A program made the position numbers and the translations under genes. The notes beneath the pieces are model-generated. The model was not told where the DNA came from and did no database searches. It worked only from the letters and a program-made list of their open reading frames with translations. A DNA stretch of 64,000 bases from NCBI RefSeq assembly GCF_006345805.1, contig NC_042997.1, positions 84,878,001 to 84,942,000 on the forward strand, written 5' to 3'. The number at the start of each line of letters is the position of its first letter. Within the stretch, counting starts at the first letter, position 1. This document shows positions 24,373 through 37,622 of the stretch, one piece after another. Origin of the DNA: Octopus sinensis. Taxonomy: Eukaryota.

Positions 24373-25852
24373 TCTTATTCCTCTCTATAACCATGATGTC
24401 ACTATTTCTAAAATGGAAAACTCATCATCACCACTATGATGCAACATTGTCGCCGTAAGCACAAATTTGATCATATGTCTGCAAGATCCGGGTTGACATG
24501 GACTAGACAACAACTATAACGTTGTTGCTTGCACCCATATCAACCCTAGTCGAGTATATCTATGATGGAAGGCATTACATCCATGACCATCCAATCCTTT
24601 CTCTGAAATAGTAACTCAAGCATTACAGAATCCATGTTACGCCTCCTTTTCTATTTTGAAAACGTTGTTTTATGAAAGATTTCTAGCAAGCTGCGCGAAG
24701 CACAAATACTCCATTGCTTTTATTAGGAATGCTCCAAAATATCATCGTACAGGTTCTCCATAAACATTGCGCGCGATGTTGCATCTGTCCATACTAACGC
24801 ATATAAACGATTACATAAAATATAGTTTAGACTCCATCAATATGGAAATAACTAACTATCAAACGTTCGCTAAATGTATGCGCTGTATTGATTAACGGTA
24901 GATCTCACATCTCTTCCTCGACTAGCTCCACTCGCTCACTGTATCACTCCATCCTAACATAAAACACGTATGTGTGGATGTATGTATGTACGTACGTATG
25001 CATGTATGTAAGCATCTATGTATTTATGACAAAATGTAGTATTCCAATATGCACCACATTTATCTTACTAATATATAAACACAGATATCTACCTCTTTCT
25101 CATACATACATAAATATATATATATGTATATACATACATACATTCATATATATATGTATACATATATATATATACATACATACATACATACATATATATA
25201 TACACACACACGCACATGCACATATATACACACATATATACATATATGTATGTATGTATGCATGTATGTTTGTGTGCAGTATTCATATTTAATAGTAGAA
25301 AGCAAAATCAATAGGTTTAAATCAATATCGATAAAAATATCGGCGATGGCTCTCTTCTCGGTCATTAACAGCATCGAATGAGCAAATAATTTCAGAACTG
25401 ATAGACGAATATATAATACCATAATTATATATTATATTAGACTGTTTTACTACTACATAGTGTGCATTTCTACGTCATATATCATTGAGAGCTCAATTTT
25501 TTTACAATATATTTATTACCCAACTTAGGAGCAATTCGCAAACGTTTCCCAAATGGTTTTATATTTTTGCAGTTATGGTTATTTTTGGTGTTATTGCTGT
25601 TTAACTCTTGATCGTATCATACCTGACTGAGAAGACCTATGGTCATAAACATTTCAATGACCACTTTCACTTTGCTGTTTTGATCATAACGTATGCAGAG
25701 CCACATTGAGCATCTCTACCGAGACAGCTCCTTGGCTCAGAGGGATTTAGTTTCAATTACTAACAGGTTAAATGACCACATATGGACTTCACTGTTGGCT
25801 CATTATAACTCTTATTCTTATTGTTGTTGATTATTCCGTATCAAGTAGACAT

Positions 25853-25901
25853 ATTCCTGGCTTTCACCCAGGCGGCCCGGGTTCGATTCCCGGCATGGGG
25901 A
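25853..25901 (+). pseudogene. 5'-truncated tRNA-Glu(TTC) fragment
   Basis: Anticodon arm cctgg-ctttcac-ccagg, variable loop cggc, T arm ccggg-ttcgatt-cccgg, 3' acceptor strand catgggg. The D arm and 5' acceptor strand are absent upstream. Confidence 0.9.
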
Positions 25902-26329
25902 CACTATGTTTAATGGCGGTGCCCCAGCATGGTCACAGCTCAAGAGCTGAAACTGGAAAACATAAACATAATATAAAGACTAGGCTCTGTCATCATCCTT
26001 TTTGCTTTGTCTTTTCCACTCGTCTTTCATATTTCAAGATAGCAGAATCGTTGTTGATGCTTTTGTTTTTACTGTCGATTATTTTGCTGTCCATCTGTCG
26101 TAAAACCGTGATGTCTGAAAGAGTACAGTTAATCCAGTGATGAATTATTGTTTTATTGTTAGGAAGTTTTGCTCAAGAAAAAAATTTCAGCTAGGTTAAT
26201 TCTACATATAAAACATATAACAAATAAACTCCTTTACACTGCTTAAAAGAATGTGCTATTGTGCTCGCTCTTCGCATGGATATTGTCTATGGCTCTGCAA
26301 AAGCTGTACTAGAAGTCATTGAGGAGAAA

Positions 26330-27420
26330 GGCAGGATTCAGAGAGTGGTGAGTTTGATACCGTTAAAGTATTCCATTTAAGCAGTCACAGATGCACACTT
26401 ACAAAAATAGACATGGGCAACATGAGGAAGGAATATGTTTAATGGTCAGTGTGGAGTAAAATGAGACTGGGCGCAACAAGGTTGATGAGAAGTAGAAACG
26501 AGTGAATTTCGGGTGCCTGAGCTGTGGAGGAACAAAGAGCAGTCTGCTCCAAAGAACAGATACCGTTATAGTACTGACAGAGAGAGAGAGGAGACAGCAC
26601 AGCTATTGGCCAGAGGCCGGAGCGTGTCTGCTATTGATTGAATGCCAGCCAGTCGAGTGGTTCTTCTGTTAATGTAATCCACGGTATATGTGTTCTTAAC
26701 AATATCACCGTCCCAGATGCGATAACATTACTCCATTGTGACATCATTTGAGTATTTGTAGTGTGTCAGCATCGGTTGGTGAATGTAATATTTTTAGCTT
26801 TTGGGAGGTCCAGCATTTGGAGAGGCTGTGAGGGGTTGAGCTAAATGTCACTCAAATTTAGAGGATGCGATGGTGTTTTGCTGAATTAAGAACTGTTTGA
26901 TTTTTGTTTTTATTATTTTTTGCTGTTAAAAGTGACAAGATGGGCCTGATCCAACTGAAGGATCCTCTCAAAGTCTCTGTTTATGAAATCAATGCAGGTT
27001 TCATGTGGTAGCTAAGTTGCGTGTGCTTGACGAAAGTTATGCGGAATAGGAGTGATTGTTGCTAGATGTGGCGGCAAATCATTGATCTATGGACAGAAGA
27101 GAGTAGTGGACGAAGCCGAACCTTGGATGGCAGCAGGACTGAAAGGGCGTAGGGCAGAAAGAGCTCCAACATAGGCCGTAATAGTCCAATCTCATAGGAA
27201 GCTTCCGAGTTAAGAAATGAGAGATGGGTGAAGCCTTAGACGGGAAGATTTCATCGGAAATTTGCTTGTTATTATGGTCGAATGCTTTGCTAACACTTTG
27301 TTAATGTACAGCAACAACATTGCTTTCTCCGGAGTTCCCAAAAGTTAGAGCCTACTGGTGAGTGACATAAGGTTGCCAATGAATGTGACTCTGCGGAAGC
27401 TGCACTGGCAGTTACTAAGA
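26330..27420 (-). mobile_element. Old, stop-riddled CR1/L2-type LINE RT fragment
   Basis: Manual minus-strand translation: GESNVVAV..SKAFDH, RLHPSLIS*LGSFL*DWTI, QGS.SSTTLF..*INDL, INRDFERILQ...LVTFN, followed by a decayed C-terminal region. Confidence 0.7.
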
Positions 27421-27884
27421 AGAGAGGTGATAAAAGTATAAGAGAATGTCGTTAATAGCTGTTTCCATTACCTTAGAAATGTTAGAAATGTTAAAAGTGA
27501 GATGGGGATATTATTGACTGAATAGGTGGTTCTCAACCATTGTTTGCCTATTGATTCCTATTTTAGTCCCCTGGACCTCCATGGCCATTCGATGTCTATA
27601 GAAAAAAGTCTTACTCTGTTTTCATAAATAAATATTATTAGGAATTGTATTAAAAATATCAAAATGTTTTGTCTTGTAGAAGTGTAAGCCATTTCTGGCA
27701 CATTATTTTTAACGATGAAATCTTATATGAACCCCGGTGAAGAAATACTGGACTAAACTATGGTAAGTTTCCTACGCAAAGCAAAGAGCTGTGTGTGTGT
27801 GTGTGTGTGTGTATGTGTGTTTATGTGTGCGAGATATATATATATGTGTGTGTGTATATATGTATTTACACATATATATGATGT

Positions 27885-27930
<46 letters not shown>

Positions 27931-27961
27931 CGTGTGTGTATGTATGTATGTATGTATTACT

Positions 27962-28333
27962 CTTTACTCTCTTTTACTTGTTTCAGTCCTTTGACTGCGG
28001 CCATGCTGGAGCACCGCCTTTAATCGAGCAACTCTCTATATATATACATATATACGACGGGCTTCTTTTCAGTTTCCGTCTACCAAATCCACTCACAATC
28101 CAGCTCTATAGAGAAGACTACTCTATGCATGATCTGAAGGAGGTTAGCTTTGTTGACTTCAAAAAGCTTGATTGCAAGATGTTTTGAAACTTACTACCCC
28201 TAACGTTCCTGACACTTTTGGTCGGCCCGAGACTATAGCAGAAGACACTTGCCCAAGATGCCACGCAGTGGGACTGAACCCGGAACCATGTGGTTGGTTA
28301 GCAAGCTACTTACCACACAGCCACTCCTGCGCC
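27962..28333 (-). mobile_element. SINE family A copy interrupted by a 120-bp insertion
   Basis: rc head ggcgcaggagtggctgtgtggtaagtagcttgct...ttccgggttcagtcccactgcgtggcatcttgggcaagtgtc. The body resumes after the insertion at 28101-28220. Confidence 0.9.
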
Positions 28334-28751
28334 TATGTATGTATGTATGAATGTATGAATGAATATATAATCCTCATCTAGACAAATGCGTGATGCGTTT
28401 CAGTATGCCGCGCTCTCTATTAGGGATTTCATGCTTCTGCCAATGACATTCATCTCGTTGAATGGCCTCCTATCCATTTGGGTGGAAAAGACCCGAAAAT
28501 ACAACATTTTACACTACCAGTTACAATCCCTTGAGAATCTTACAGTTAAAGTCAGTCTGTTTCTCAATACAAAAATAGAGTAAATTGATGACCATCAGTC
28601 AGAATGGAAATTACATAGATGGCATATGACTCAAAAGTGTCAGGAACGTTAGGGGTAGTAAGGTTCAAAACATCTTGCAATCAAGCTTTTTGAAGTCAAC
28701 AAAGCTAACCTCCTTCAGATCATGCATAGAGTAGTCTTCTCTATAGAGCTG
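28101..28751. repeat. 120-bp inverted repeat pair (28101-28220, 28632-28751)
   Basis: Reverse complements with one mismatch (gaaac/gaacc). Confidence 0.95.
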
Positions 28752-28903
28752 AAATCTAGACTTTATATATGTTTGAAATACATAACATGCATACATACAG
28801 TTCAGTCCCACTGCGTGGCACCTTGGTCAAGCGATTTCTACAATAGACCCGGGCCGACCAGAGCTTTATAAGAGAATTTGGTACAGAAATTTAGAGAAAC
28901 CTG

Positions 28904-28944
<41 letters not shown>

Positions 28945-29212
28945 TCTGACAGGCTATATATATCTATGTATCTGCATCTTTGTGATTTTTTTATCTCCCA
29001 CCACTACTTGACAATAGGTATTTGTATACGTCCCGTAACTTAGGGGGCGCATCAAAAAGACACTGATGCCATATTGTTTTATATGCATATACATACATAT
29101 GTTTAAATATGCATTTGTTTGTATGTGCATAATTTGTGTGTAAGTAACCTCATATATATATACACACACATACTTTTGTGCGTGTGTGTACAATCTGTGT
29201 GTATGTAACGCC

Positions 29213-29335
<123 letters not shown>

Positions 29336-29635
29336 ACACATTCTTACAATATATTTTCCCATCTAAACAAAAATACACCCAACACAATTATCCCACTAAG
29401 CAAACACAAAACATTAGCATAAATAAACCTAAAGTGTCACATGGAACCTCCTCTAACTTGTAGTAACATGCACAGAATAAATAATGTTAAAATTAGAAAA
29501 GCCCTGAAAAGCCCCATCACTGAAAGCTCAAATAATGAATGTACGTTCAATCCTCGCATAACTGACAACCAATAACAGTTAACCACAGAAAATGAAATCC
29601 CTGAAACATCCAGCGCTAATAATATACCTATAACA

Positions 29636-30140
29636 ATGAACCTACTGAACCTGCACACCAACAACATGAATCCACAACCAATCATAACTGGAATGACAGG
29701 ACAACCACTACAAACACTCAGCCACCACAATAAATTTAATTGCGCATTGGATAATCTTTGCATGACTTGTAACATCGTATATAAATGCACTGTTCACACG
29801 AGGGGAGGCCCTTATGAGTATGTTGGTGCCACGGCTGATTGTTTCAAGAATCGATATAGAAATCATGTTTCTAGTTTTAGAAAACTGAACAAGAGACACG
29901 TGACAACATTGGCGGATTTTTTTATGTCAAATGAAAACCGACAAGATTAAATATGAGATTTCATGGTCAATTATAAAATATGCAAAACCCTACAACACAC
30001 ATTCTAGGACCTGAGGATTGTGTTCTGAAGAATCTTTATCAATCTTGCTTACGAGGGAAAAGGTCATAAATAAATTAACTGAACGGATTACACGTTATTT
30101 ACATGCCATGAAAGCCACATTCAAATATTACCACCCTGTA
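29636..30140 (+). mobile_element. Penelope-like element GIY-YIG endonuclease remnant
   Basis: CALDNLCMTCNIVYKCTV....YEYVGATADCFKNRYRNHVSSFR...TTL, then after a frameshift EISWSIIKYAKPY...*GLCSEES..I...INK. This is the PLE GIY-YIG arrangement with its Cys/His motif. Confidence 0.88.
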
Positions 30141-30251
30141 AGCACAACACCAAACTGCCATAATCCACATTGAATGATGAACATCATGCTATCATGCCAT
30201 ACATTGCTAGTTGTCCATGAACCGGTGTGTGTCCATTATTATGTATGTATG

Positions 30252-30284
<33 letters not shown>

Positions 30285-31215
30285 TTTCATGTATGTATTT
30301 TTTTACACATTTCTTTTTACTTTATAACATTCGCAAGGCAATATTTTTATTTATTTAAATATTAATTCATTAAATTTTATTGTATTTTCTTTCTTTTCCT
30401 TTTTTCCTTTTTTTTATGTAGTTAACCTGTCATTCGAAATCGAAGTTTTACTTACGTTTCATCATTTGTTTCAGTATATTTTCATCGTTATCATTTTTCC
30501 CGTTATTTTTTTTTTAGTTTCAATACATGTTTATTTATATTTTGTACTATTTATTCCGCTAATATATTTTAAGTATTTTATTTATTCTTTTAATTTCAAT
30601 GTGAAAATGTCGCTTTTTATTACCATCCTCTGAGCTCCCTAAATTATATGTACTGGCAAAGGCTTTAAATTCCAACTAGTACTTCAATTGCTTCTTTTTT
30701 CTTTCCTTCTCTCTCTCTCTCCCTCTCTCTCTTTCTCTCTCACTCTCACTCTCTCTCTCTCTATTTATCTATCTCTCTATCTCTCTATCTATCTGTCTCT
30801 CTGTCTCTCTTACGCTCGTTCTCTGTCTGCCCATCTCTCTCTCAGTCTGTCTATCTACCTATCTCTCTCGCTCGCTCTCTGTCTGCCCCCTCTCCCTCGC
30901 TCTCTCGCTCGCTTTTTATATCCCCCTTTTCTTGTTTCCTTTCCGTCGTTTCTGTACTTTAGCCTTTCGTTCTTCCATTTATCTTTTCTTCTTTTTCCTT
31001 CCTTTTTCTTTCATCTCTCCCTTCTTTCCATTCTTTTTTCTTGTTAACAAACTCTTTTTCTTTTTGTAATTCCCTTTTCTGTTTAGACAAGTACACACCA
31101 ATACATGTATGTTTTTGTTACATATATGTGTGTGTGTATGTGTGTGTATATGTGAGTGTGTGTGTATGCATGTAAATACATTATATATGTTTGAATTCAT
31201 ACAAACATACAATAT

Positions 31216-31246
<31 letters not shown>

Positions 31247-31292
31247 CGTACATATATATATAATATATACATACATATATATATATGCATAT

Positions 31293-31343
<51 letters not shown>

Positions 31344-32128
31344 AGCATCTATAATACATTTGTACATACATATCTTCCCAGGAGATAGATCACAATTAAT
31401 TATTTTATGTGCGGGCATTAGTTTTATGATCAAAGAACAGTTTGCTTGGCGGATAAACTGTTTTATTTTGTCAGTTAATCTGTTTCGAACCCTGAGCAAT
31501 AAACTAAAAGAGAAAGAAAGAAAGAAAGAAAGAAAGAAAGCGAGAGAGAGAGAGAGAGAGAAAGAAAGAGAGAAAGAGAGAGAGAGAGGTCATTTGAATA
31601 AAGCAGAATATAAATAAATAATATATGAGATAAAGTTAATAAATCTGCAAGTACATATAAAAACTTATTTTTCTTATGTCATGGAATCAGTAAAAGCTAA
31701 AGCATTAATGTTAATATATGTACATGAATGTATAAACACATACATATATAAGTGTATACACGCATATGTATATGTTTATGTATTAATGTTAAAGAATGGA
31801 AGACAAAATACGCAATACAAGCAGTAGAGTGTAGTTAATATTACAACTATGAAATAAGGCGGTGAACTGGCAGAGTCGTTAACACTCCGGGCAAAACGTT
31901 TAGCGGCATTTCATCCGTCTTCATTTCGGGGTCGATAAAATAAGAACCACTGGAGTACTGGAGGACGATGTAATCGACTTACCTTCTCCTCTGAAACTGC
32001 TGGCCTTGTGTCGAAAATTTGAAACCAAATTGCAACTAATCTTCTATTATGGCCGCGAGACGATCATTACCTTACGAGTGAATTTGTTGGACAGGGAAAG
32101 GAGACTGTGTGGAAGCTCGTCGTGTGTG

Positions 32129-32171
<43 letters not shown>

Positions 32172-33559
32172 TGTGTGTGTGTATGTGTCCACGACTGCTT
32201 GACAACAGGTGTTGGTTTGCTTATGTTCCTGTTATATAGCGATTCGGCAAAAGAAACCGACAGAATAAGTACCTGACTTAAAATATGTACTGGGCGACGG
32301 GATTTGTTCGACTAAACCCTTCAAGATTGTGCCCCAGCAAGGCCACAGTCAAATGACGGAAACAAGCAAGAGAGGAAAGGTCTTATAGATTGCATGATCC
32401 CTCTGTTATTGTTGTTGTTTAGAAGTCAACGTTAGCTGAAGACATTCCAACTTACGGTTAAAGTACGAGTAAAGGTTAATAACTCAACTATTGCGATATA
32501 TGTTTGTGTGCTTTTTGCATGATATGGCACAAAAATTTCGTGAACAAAAATAAAATAAAAGGTTACTCACTACGAATTTAGAGTGTAATCCAATTTATTA
32601 GAAGCTCATACCTTCACTGTTATGTACTTTAATGCTAACATATCCGATCTAGAGATGTTAATGAATGTTGGTGTTAATTTGCCAGTGTAGACACTGCTAT
32701 GAAAAGAATGTCTCAATATAAAATAACGTTGTGATTACATATTGGAGACATTCATATTGCTTATATATCACATGTGTACGCCAGAGAAACCGGGTAACCG
32801 GCTCTATGCTCCTTACGGAATGATGTGGACTAATTGTGTAGTGCACCTGTTTAATTGGATTTATAAACTGTTTGGTTTATTGCTACGGAGCGTATGAACA
32901 TATAAAAGGATTTTAAGGTTTTAACACACACATATATAGTCCCACATACACACATATACGTACGTACGTAGTACATACATACATTCATGCATGCATTCAA
33001 TCATATATAAAAACATACATACATATATGCATCCATGCATACCTACATACATACATACACACAAACATACGTACACACATGCATACAGACATACATGAAT
33101 ACATACATACATACATGCATACATACATACACATACATACATACATACATACATACATACATACATACACATACATACATACATACATACATACATACAT
33201 ACATACATACATACATACATACATACATACATACATACATACATACATACATACATACAAGCAAAAGAAGTTCTGGAATAATTATAGATGTTATTAAATA
33301 CATACACAAATATCAACACAAGGAATACTGATAAAACATCTCCATCAAAAACTTCTGTCAAGTGTAAATATAGCAGACCGGTGAGTGTTGTTTGGGACAA
33401 ACAAGAAAAATGTATGGACTATCATAGAGATTAGTTGCCCTGCTAATGTGACTCTCACTTTTATAAACAAAAAAAAAATGAAAGGACAACTAGGGATAAC
33501 TGCTCCGAAACCACTTGCTCTTATATCCAAATTATTAATTCACATTAAGAGAAAGACCC

Positions 33560-33882
33560 CACTTCGGTCATGAATGACCATGGGATTGCACCTAGAATGT
33601 TCCCCTCCAAGACACAAGTCTAGGCAAGGTTGTTTACGGAAGACCAGTAGTCACCCATGAATACCAACCTCTCTTCTCCACGCTACCGATGTTATCCAAG
33701 GGAAAGGCAAAGCCCGATACAGCTTGGCACCAGTGACGTTGCAACTTATTTCTTCAGTTGAGTGAACTGGAACAACGTGAAATAAAGTGTTTTGCTCGAG
33801 AATTCAACACACAGCCCCGTCCGGGAATCAAACTCGCGACCCCCTGATTGCAAGCCCGTGCTCTAACTACTGAGCCATGCAC
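33560..33882 (-). mobile_element. SINE family C copy with extended 3' domain
   Basis: rc head gtgcatggctcagtagttagagcacgggcttgcaatcaggg.gtcgcgagtttgattccc (A/B boxes), followed by ctttgcctttcccttggataacatcgg... Confidence 0.75.
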
Positions 33883-34720
33883 TTTTAGATTTATACCAAT
33901 AATAATTGGTACACTTGGTTTCGTAAGTAAATACTCAATCAACTTTGTGGATAAGATAGGATTTCAGAAAAAGAAACCAGTCAGCTACCTCCCACATTAC
34001 AAATATAATCTGTGAGACATTAAGAATATACGAAACTTAACTCAAGTTTAAGATGGGGCAATGGTTTTGTTACCTGTATTCCAAAGTTGGGACGTCTTCG
34101 TCAGAGTAGGAATTCAAAAACTCAGAAACAGAGAAGAACATACATACTTAAAAAACATGCATTTTTTTTTCTTAGATGCATATACAGTGAATAACTAAAA
34201 TCCGTTGGAATGTAAAACTGGTGAACAATACATATTAAAAGAAAATATTGGACGATGGACACAGAAGTGTTGGTAATAGCTGATCAATGTTAAAATATAG
34301 ATGATTAAATTTTTTTATCTGATGAAAAGTAGAGGCAATAAAAATAAGTGATTAAAAAATTTTTAATGTATCTACACATAAAGTTTGAAAAGATAAATGT
34401 ATAATTAAAAAATATACGCAATTTTTAAATTACGTAATTTTAAAAAGTGGTAAAGAAAAGCTGATAAAAATGGATTAGGAGCGGAATGGATAAAAAACCA
34501 CAAAAATGATGCTATGTGTTACGGGGGTATATCTAAAACGTATTTTCTCAGTTTGGTGTATAACAGGCAACGGAGCCTAAATACAAAATTTCCATGACAA
34601 TATGACTGTGCAATCGCATAGGACAGATCAAGTAATTATGAACGGGTAATCAGTCGTTACTTTGATAAAAGAGTCATAGGATGGGTCTTTGAAAAATTTA
34701 CGAGAGTATGTGTGTGTGTG

Positions 34721-34758
<38 letters not shown>

Positions 34759-35426
34759 GTGTGTGTGTGTGCGTGTGTGTGTGTGTGCGTGTGTGTGTGT
34801 GTGCGTGTGTGTGTGTGTATCTTTTGGGGAATTTGTTCTTAATGTACATATGTAGCTATAAATAATGGTTTCAAAAGATTTCAAATTTTGCCACAAGGGT
34901 AGCAATTTTGGGGGTGGGGATGAGTCGATTACAATGTTCAATTGTTACTTATTTTATCGATCCTGAAAGGATGAAAGGCAAAGTCGACGGGCGAAATGCC
35001 GCTAAGCGTTTTACTCTGTGTGCTACCGATTCTGTCAGTGCGCCGCCTTAATGTAGCTAAATATTTGGCTGACAAACACTTTTGAATTAGAAGCCGAAGT
35101 CTACCGATGAGACTGGAACCGACATGTCCTGTAAACATGACACGTGTTCTACTATTGTACCAAAGCGTTCTTTCGAATTTCTTTATCCATTTTAGGAGCT
35201 TTGTTCTTGTCAACGAAAATTGTATGTCGTTGAGATCACAAAGAATGATAAACTTACTAGAGAACGAAGAATGATTCTCTTTTTGGGATTGTTTCTCGAA
35301 ATACATATAGAGCTATAAATAACAGCATGTAAATACATATGACGTCACCAACAAGCAATTCCAATTGGTAAGAATTAAGTTTCATATATGCATACATATA
35401 TACATACAGACATACATAATGCGTAC

Positions 35427-35464
<38 letters not shown>

Positions 35465-35465
<1 letters not shown>

Positions 35466-37053
35466 CTAGCATTATGACCTGTCGTTGCCGGGTCATAGTG
35501 CTAGCGCATGTATATATGTGTATATATATGTGTACATATTACATGTACATCTATATATATACATCTACACATAAAATACAAAATACAAAGTTATATCTTG
35601 ATATCGCTAGTGATAACAATACTCAAAATATATAACAGACTGGAATGGTAGGCCCGTCTCTTGCAATTTCTATCAATTGTATCTTGTCCTCCCTCTTGTA
35701 TAGAAGTGTAGCTACAATCCAGCCTACCTCTACTTCTGGGAGGACATTTTAAATTTTTATCCGGGACGTCCTACGTCCCAGATATAAAGGTGAAAATAAA
35801 ATATTTCCACTTTGCAAGGTTCGAGTCGAGTACTCCCTTGCACGCTCCGTTGACTCGAACCTTGCTTCCATTGTGGCGAATTTACCGCCTCTGGTTAGAT
35901 ATCTTTCATAGTCGCACCAAGATACTTTTCGATGTTGCTTTCCTCCAGGTGTTCAAATTTTTTTTCTCTACATTGTATACTTTATAGACAATAGACTTCT
36001 TTAATTAAATTTTTTATTTCGTTTGGTGGTGTTATCCTAGATTCACCGTTTTGTCGTTGATCAACCCGAAACAGGTTTGTATTTCTTCCATTTTAATTTT
36101 AATGAGTTCGCGCCCGCCGACGGCTGCAGCGAAATTCATTTTTGGACTTTCTTCTATCAAAGGCATTCTAATAAAAATGCTTCCGTATAAACGGTGAAAA
36201 TATTGTCAATTTCCCCAAACAGGGACACAATTCAATTTTTAAACAATAATCAAAGCTATTTCTCACAAAGGGGAGGGTTACAGTTTACAATTATTTAACA
36301 AATGCAACACAACAACGTTTCCCTTACGAGGAACCAACAAACGTGATAACAATAGTTAAACAGTAATAATAATAACAACAGACCTTACGGTGAATCAAAA
36401 CGCAGTACGCAGTTGAAGCTATAGTCCTTAATGTATAAGAAATAAACCAACAGCAGGACTCAGTAGAAGCGGCTGTTCGAGAAAACAGACATTATATACA
36501 GCCAAACTTCATACAGATACTTAATGCTAGCTAATTAGCAGATAATCTAATGTAAAAGCCGTGGTAAATGGTATGTGCATAGCTCCATCTGGACTATTCC
36601 ATTTCTGCACTTATTTATTCCCATTCATGTGAAACCACTTATTCAAGTTCAAGTCATTGATGCAATTTTATACCAATTGCTATTTTTACTTTTAATTGTT
36701 ATGTTACGATTTAATTATTATATTATACTTTAGTTTGATTTTAATTATTACTTACTACATATCATTCAATTGTTATTATTATCTCTAATTTTTATTGTTA
36801 AAGTGAAAGTATCTGACATAAAATAGAGAAATGTTTTTGTTTCACTTTTAACACAGTAATACTGAAATAGTGGAGAAGATATGATATTGCTATGGGCTCG
36901 CCCTAGGCAAGAAGTTGAACATTTTTTTTGCCCATGAAACTACATGGACCCTAAGTAAGGCATATGTAAAATTTGAATGAAATTGGTTGTGTAGTTCTCA
37001 AGTTTTAAGAATTGACACAGACAAACAGACAGACAGACATACACACATTCTCA

Positions 37054-37060
<7 letters not shown>
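35465..37060 (+). mobile_element. Probable non-autonomous Helitron/Helentron-like element
   Basis: Begins (TA)n-ACTAGC with a 16-bp hairpin (35466-35504). Ends with aaaatttgaatgaaattggttgtgtagttctc...(CAGA)n...ttctcagttttata, a DINE/Lep1-like end. That the whole interval is one element is inferred. Confidence 0.55.
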
Positions 37061-37097
<37 letters not shown>

Positions 37098-37553
37098 TGA
37101 TCTTTCTTTCTTGGTTCGGCTGTCGTCAGTGCAACATCTATATTCCTCCCTGTGCCTGTGAACTTCTGTATCCCTGCCGTAAGGCTTTACTTCCACACAC
37201 ACTAGCTTAATTTAATTCGTTCTTAGTCGAAAGACACCTGTTGTTATGTCCTTTATTTGTATTTGTATAACATTCTCCGTTTTTTTCCGTCCTTGTTTTT
37301 GTAGACATTCGCTGCTTTCTTCCAAGGAATCTAATTCCCTTAGCTTAGTTTTTCCTTGTGGCTCGCCAGATTGGAGCAATCTCGAGTATAACCAGCCTAA
37401 ATTGCAAACATAATCTGGAACTAGACTGAGGAAAGAAAACTCCGGATGACCCGTCCTTATTTTCTTTGTATTATCTATCTGGATGTTTTGTTGTCCCTTT
37501 CTTGTATCACATAACTCTTTGGATGCGTTGCGTTCTTATCCCATTTTGTATTT

Positions 37554-37622
<69 letters not shown>

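Noticed and set aside
33570-33720. Possible HDV-like ribozyme in the SINE C 3' domain
   Set aside because: Could not build the P1/P1.1/P3-L3 nested pseudoknot in either orientation.
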